DNA of 7,412 nucleotides from Candidatus Wukongarchaeum yapensis (GTDB taxonomy: Archaea; Asgardarchaeota; Wukongarchaeia; Wukongarchaeales; Wukongarchaeaceae): positions 1 to 7,412 of the forward strand of contig JAEOSI010000111.1 in assembly GCA_016840425.1 (NCBI GenBank). Direction: 5' to 3'. Under the pieces are notes generated by a model that ran no database searches, was not told the DNA's origin, and saw nothing but the letters and a program-made list of their open reading frames with translations. Position 1 is the stretch's first letter. Every line of letters starts with the position of its first letter. A program made the position numbers and the translations under genes. Of the stretch, positions 5,570 through 7,412 are shown one piece after another.

Positions 5570-7333
5570 CTATTCTTGGACTTTTTTGAAGTATGCTTTT
5601 ACTGCTTCGCTTATCATTTCTTCATCTATTTGGCCGTGGGGGGTTGTTGTTTCTAGGGCTCTTTTCGGTATTCTTAGATTTTCTGGTTTGAATCCTTCGC
5701 GTAGTTTGAATTTTTGCTTTAGTTTAAGCACTTCAGAGCCCATGTCTTTAAGTTCGGTTTCAGTAAAGTTGTAGCCTACGGTTTTTAAGGCGTTTAACAC
5801 CACGTCTGCAGTATAAACTCCCCTTGCAAAGAAACAGACAACTAAGCTTGAAAGAATTTGTCGCCATGCTTCTTCTTCGAACAGGTTTTCTGCGATTTTT
5901 TCAGGGGTGAACTGCATCTCAGCTTTTTTCTTAAGCGCCTTTTGATCCATGCTGTAACCTCCAGAGTCTAGGTGGCTGTGTCTTGCCCCTGTCAAGTGGT
6001 TTATGATGGCGGCAGGACCTGTGTGATATCCTGGGACCTCATTTCCCCCAAAGGCTAAGGCAAAATCTAATCCTCCATATTTTAAAGCTGCAGCTTCAAC
6101 ACCCTTTGCCAAGTGGGCATAGAACTCGTTGGGTTGAACCATTATGTTCCAAATACCTTTAAGGTAAGCTTTATGGTCTCCCCAAGAAAACGTTATATCT
6201 AAGGTTTCTTTTGTGGAAATTAACCCTTTTTCCATAGCTTCTGTAGCCCAAGCTAAAACGACGCCGGTACTCATGGCGTCGAGGCCAAGTAATTCCACTT
6301 CGTTTATGAGTTTTAGGACGCCTTGAGTGGTTGGGATTCCTAGCATGGAGCCAAGGGAGTATAGTGGTTCATAATCGTAGGATACCCATGTAGTTTTATA
6401 GAAGTAGGGTTCATCTTCATAGGGTTCTCTTAGAGCGGCAAGATGGATACAGGCAACGGGGCAGTGGGCGCAGGCCGTTCTTCTGCCTAAAAATTTTTCG
6501 GCAAGCAGTTCTCCTGAAATCTCTTCGCTTCCTTCAAAATTTGTGCTTTTCAGGTTTTTTGTGGGTAATCCTCCTAACTCGTTTAGAACCAATATGTTTG
6601 AAGCTGTGCCGAGTTCGTGATACTTCGATAAAAGGGGGGATTTCACTTCTTTATCATAGATTTCTTTGTAAAGTTTCCTGTATTCGGTCTTATTTACTAC
6701 GGGGAAGGTTTTTTTACCTGATACTACAAGGGCTTTTAACTTTTTGCTTCCAAAAACTGCTCCCAATCCAAGTCTTCCAAAGTGTCTATAGGTTTCGGTG
6801 ACCACCGTAGCGTAGCTTACTAGACGTTCTCCTGCTCCTCCTATGCGCATAATCGTCCTTACCCCGGAGCCTCCTTCGTTTTCCCTGATTATTCTACCCA
6901 CACCGTGGGTGCTTCTCATACCCCAATAAGTAGCAGCATCTCTAAAATTCACTTTATCCCCATGAATAGCGATATATACGGGTTTTATAGAAGCGCCTCT
7001 TATCACGATGGCTCCATAACCTGCAGACCTGATGGCGACGGCGCTCCTTCCTCCAGCATGGCTTTCACCCAAAGTACCTGTTAGGGGTGATTTGAACATG
7101 GCAACGGTCTTAGAAGCCATGGGGAACATGTTGACAAGGGGGCCTACAGCAAACACGATAACGTTCTCACGTTCAAGGGGTTTTGATCCTCTTGGACACT
7201 CTTCTGAAAGAAGGTGGATGGCTACACCTGCACCCCCGAGGTATTTTTCGAAAAGTTCCTCCCTTTTCTCTATCCAAAAACTGCGCCTTGTAAGATCAAT
7301 AAATAAAACCTTCGATATTGTTTTATCAAGCAA
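5570..7333 (-). CDS. aor: Aldehyde:ferredoxin oxidoreductase family (W/Mo-pterin, [4Fe-4S]) large subunit
   Basis: Shows KVLFIDLT, KSPLTGTLGESHAGG, GRLGLGAVFGSKKLKA, CAHCPVAC (CxxCxxxC), DYEP, LGLDAMSTG and a distal VVCFF cysteine. Length is 587 aa. TTG start with an SD. The symbol is family-level. Confidence 0.92.
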   Translation of the reverse strand: MLDKTISKVLFIDLTRRSFWIEKREELFEKYLGGAGVAIHLLSEECPRGSKPLERENVIVFAVGPLVNMFPMASKTVAMFKSPLTGTLGESHAGGRSAVAIRSAGYGAIVIRGASIKPVYIAIHGDKVNFRDAATYWGMRSTHGVGRIIRENEGGSGVRTIMRIGGAGERLVSYATVVTETYRHFGRLGLGAVFGSKKLKALVVSGKKTFPVVNKTEYRKLYKEIYDKEVKSPLLSKYHELGTASNILVLNELGGLPTKNLKSTNFEGSEEISGELLAEKFLGRRTACAHCPVACIHLAALREPYEDEPYFYKTTWVSYDYEPLYSLGSMLGIPTTQGVLKLINEVELLGLDAMSTGVVLAWATEAMEKGLISTKETLDITFSWGDHKAYLKGIWNIMVQPNEFYAHLAKGVEAAALKYGGLDFALAFGGNEVPGYHTGPAAIINHLTGARHSHLDSGGYSMDQKALKKKAEMQFTPEKIAENLFEEEAWRQILSSLVVCFFARGVYTADVVLNALKTVGYNFTETELKDMGSEVLKLKQKFKLREGFKPENLRIPKRALETTTPHGQIDEEMISEAVKAYFKKVQE

Positions 7334-7343
7334 TTTTAACCAT

Positions 7344-7348
7344 CCTCC
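7344..7348 (-). promoter_or_regulatory. Shine-Dalgarno site (GGAGG) for the AOR gene
   Basis: GGAGG lies 10 nt upstream of TTG7333. Confidence 0.6.
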
Positions 7349-7357
7349 GATAAAAAG

Positions 7358-7412
7358 TTAAATCTCTTCTAAAGCGAGCACGTTATAGGGACAGAAATCT
7401 GCGCATAACCCG
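7358..7412 (-). CDS. 3' end of a 4Fe-4S (ferredoxin-type) protein, probable AOR partner subunit (partial)
   Basis: The minus strand reads ...GLCADFCPYNVLALEEI*, with TAA at 7358-7360. This is the end of a CxxCxxCxxxCP motif, 24 nt upstream of the AOR start. Not in the ORF track. Confidence 0.75.
   Translation of the reverse strand, partial: GLCADFCPYNVLALEEI

Noticed and set aside
4390-5774. ORFs 4390-4620(-), 4659-4928(+), 5007-5234(+), 5526-5774(+)
   Set aside because: They overlap the AsnB-like or AOR genes. Their Ser/Phe-rich composition is what the antisense strand of Lys/Glu-rich coding DNA produces.
7326-7343. ATG directly after GGAGG (MVKIA*) as a uORF or alternative AOR start
   Set aside because: There is no spacing from the SD, and it is out of frame with AOR.
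6541-7361. ORFs 6541-6801(+) and 7032-7361(+)
   Set aside because: Antisense shadows of the AOR gene, with no motifs.
1-7412. CRISPR arrays, tRNA/rRNA genes, IS elements or long repeats
   Set aside because: I saw no regularly spaced repeats, cloverleaf-compatible GC-rich segments, transposase motifs or terminal inverted repeats by eye.

Overview
An AT-rich, archaeal-looking window from an anaerobe. The archaeal assignment is an inference from GGTG(A)-type ribosome-binding sites, TATA-like boxes and gene content. It holds two convergent gene blocks. The + strand carries hdrC- and hdrB-like heterodisulfide reductase subunits, a DUF166-family gene, and an SPL-like (COG1533-type) radical SAM gene. 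That gene is broken by a -1 frameshift near 3271-3282 and an in-frame TAA at 3715-3717, and its reconstructed C-terminus resembles a PolX-type helix-hairpin-helix domain. The - strand carries the 3' end of a 4Fe-4S protein gene (missed by the ORF track), an aldehyde:ferredoxin oxidoreductase (AOR/WOR family), a glutaminase-less asparagine-synthetase-like ATP pyrophosphatase with a C-terminal Zn ribbon, and an orphan PorD-type 2x[4Fe-4S] subunit. I saw no rRNA, tRNA, CRISPR array or mobile element. Family calls come from motif recognition; no database search was run.
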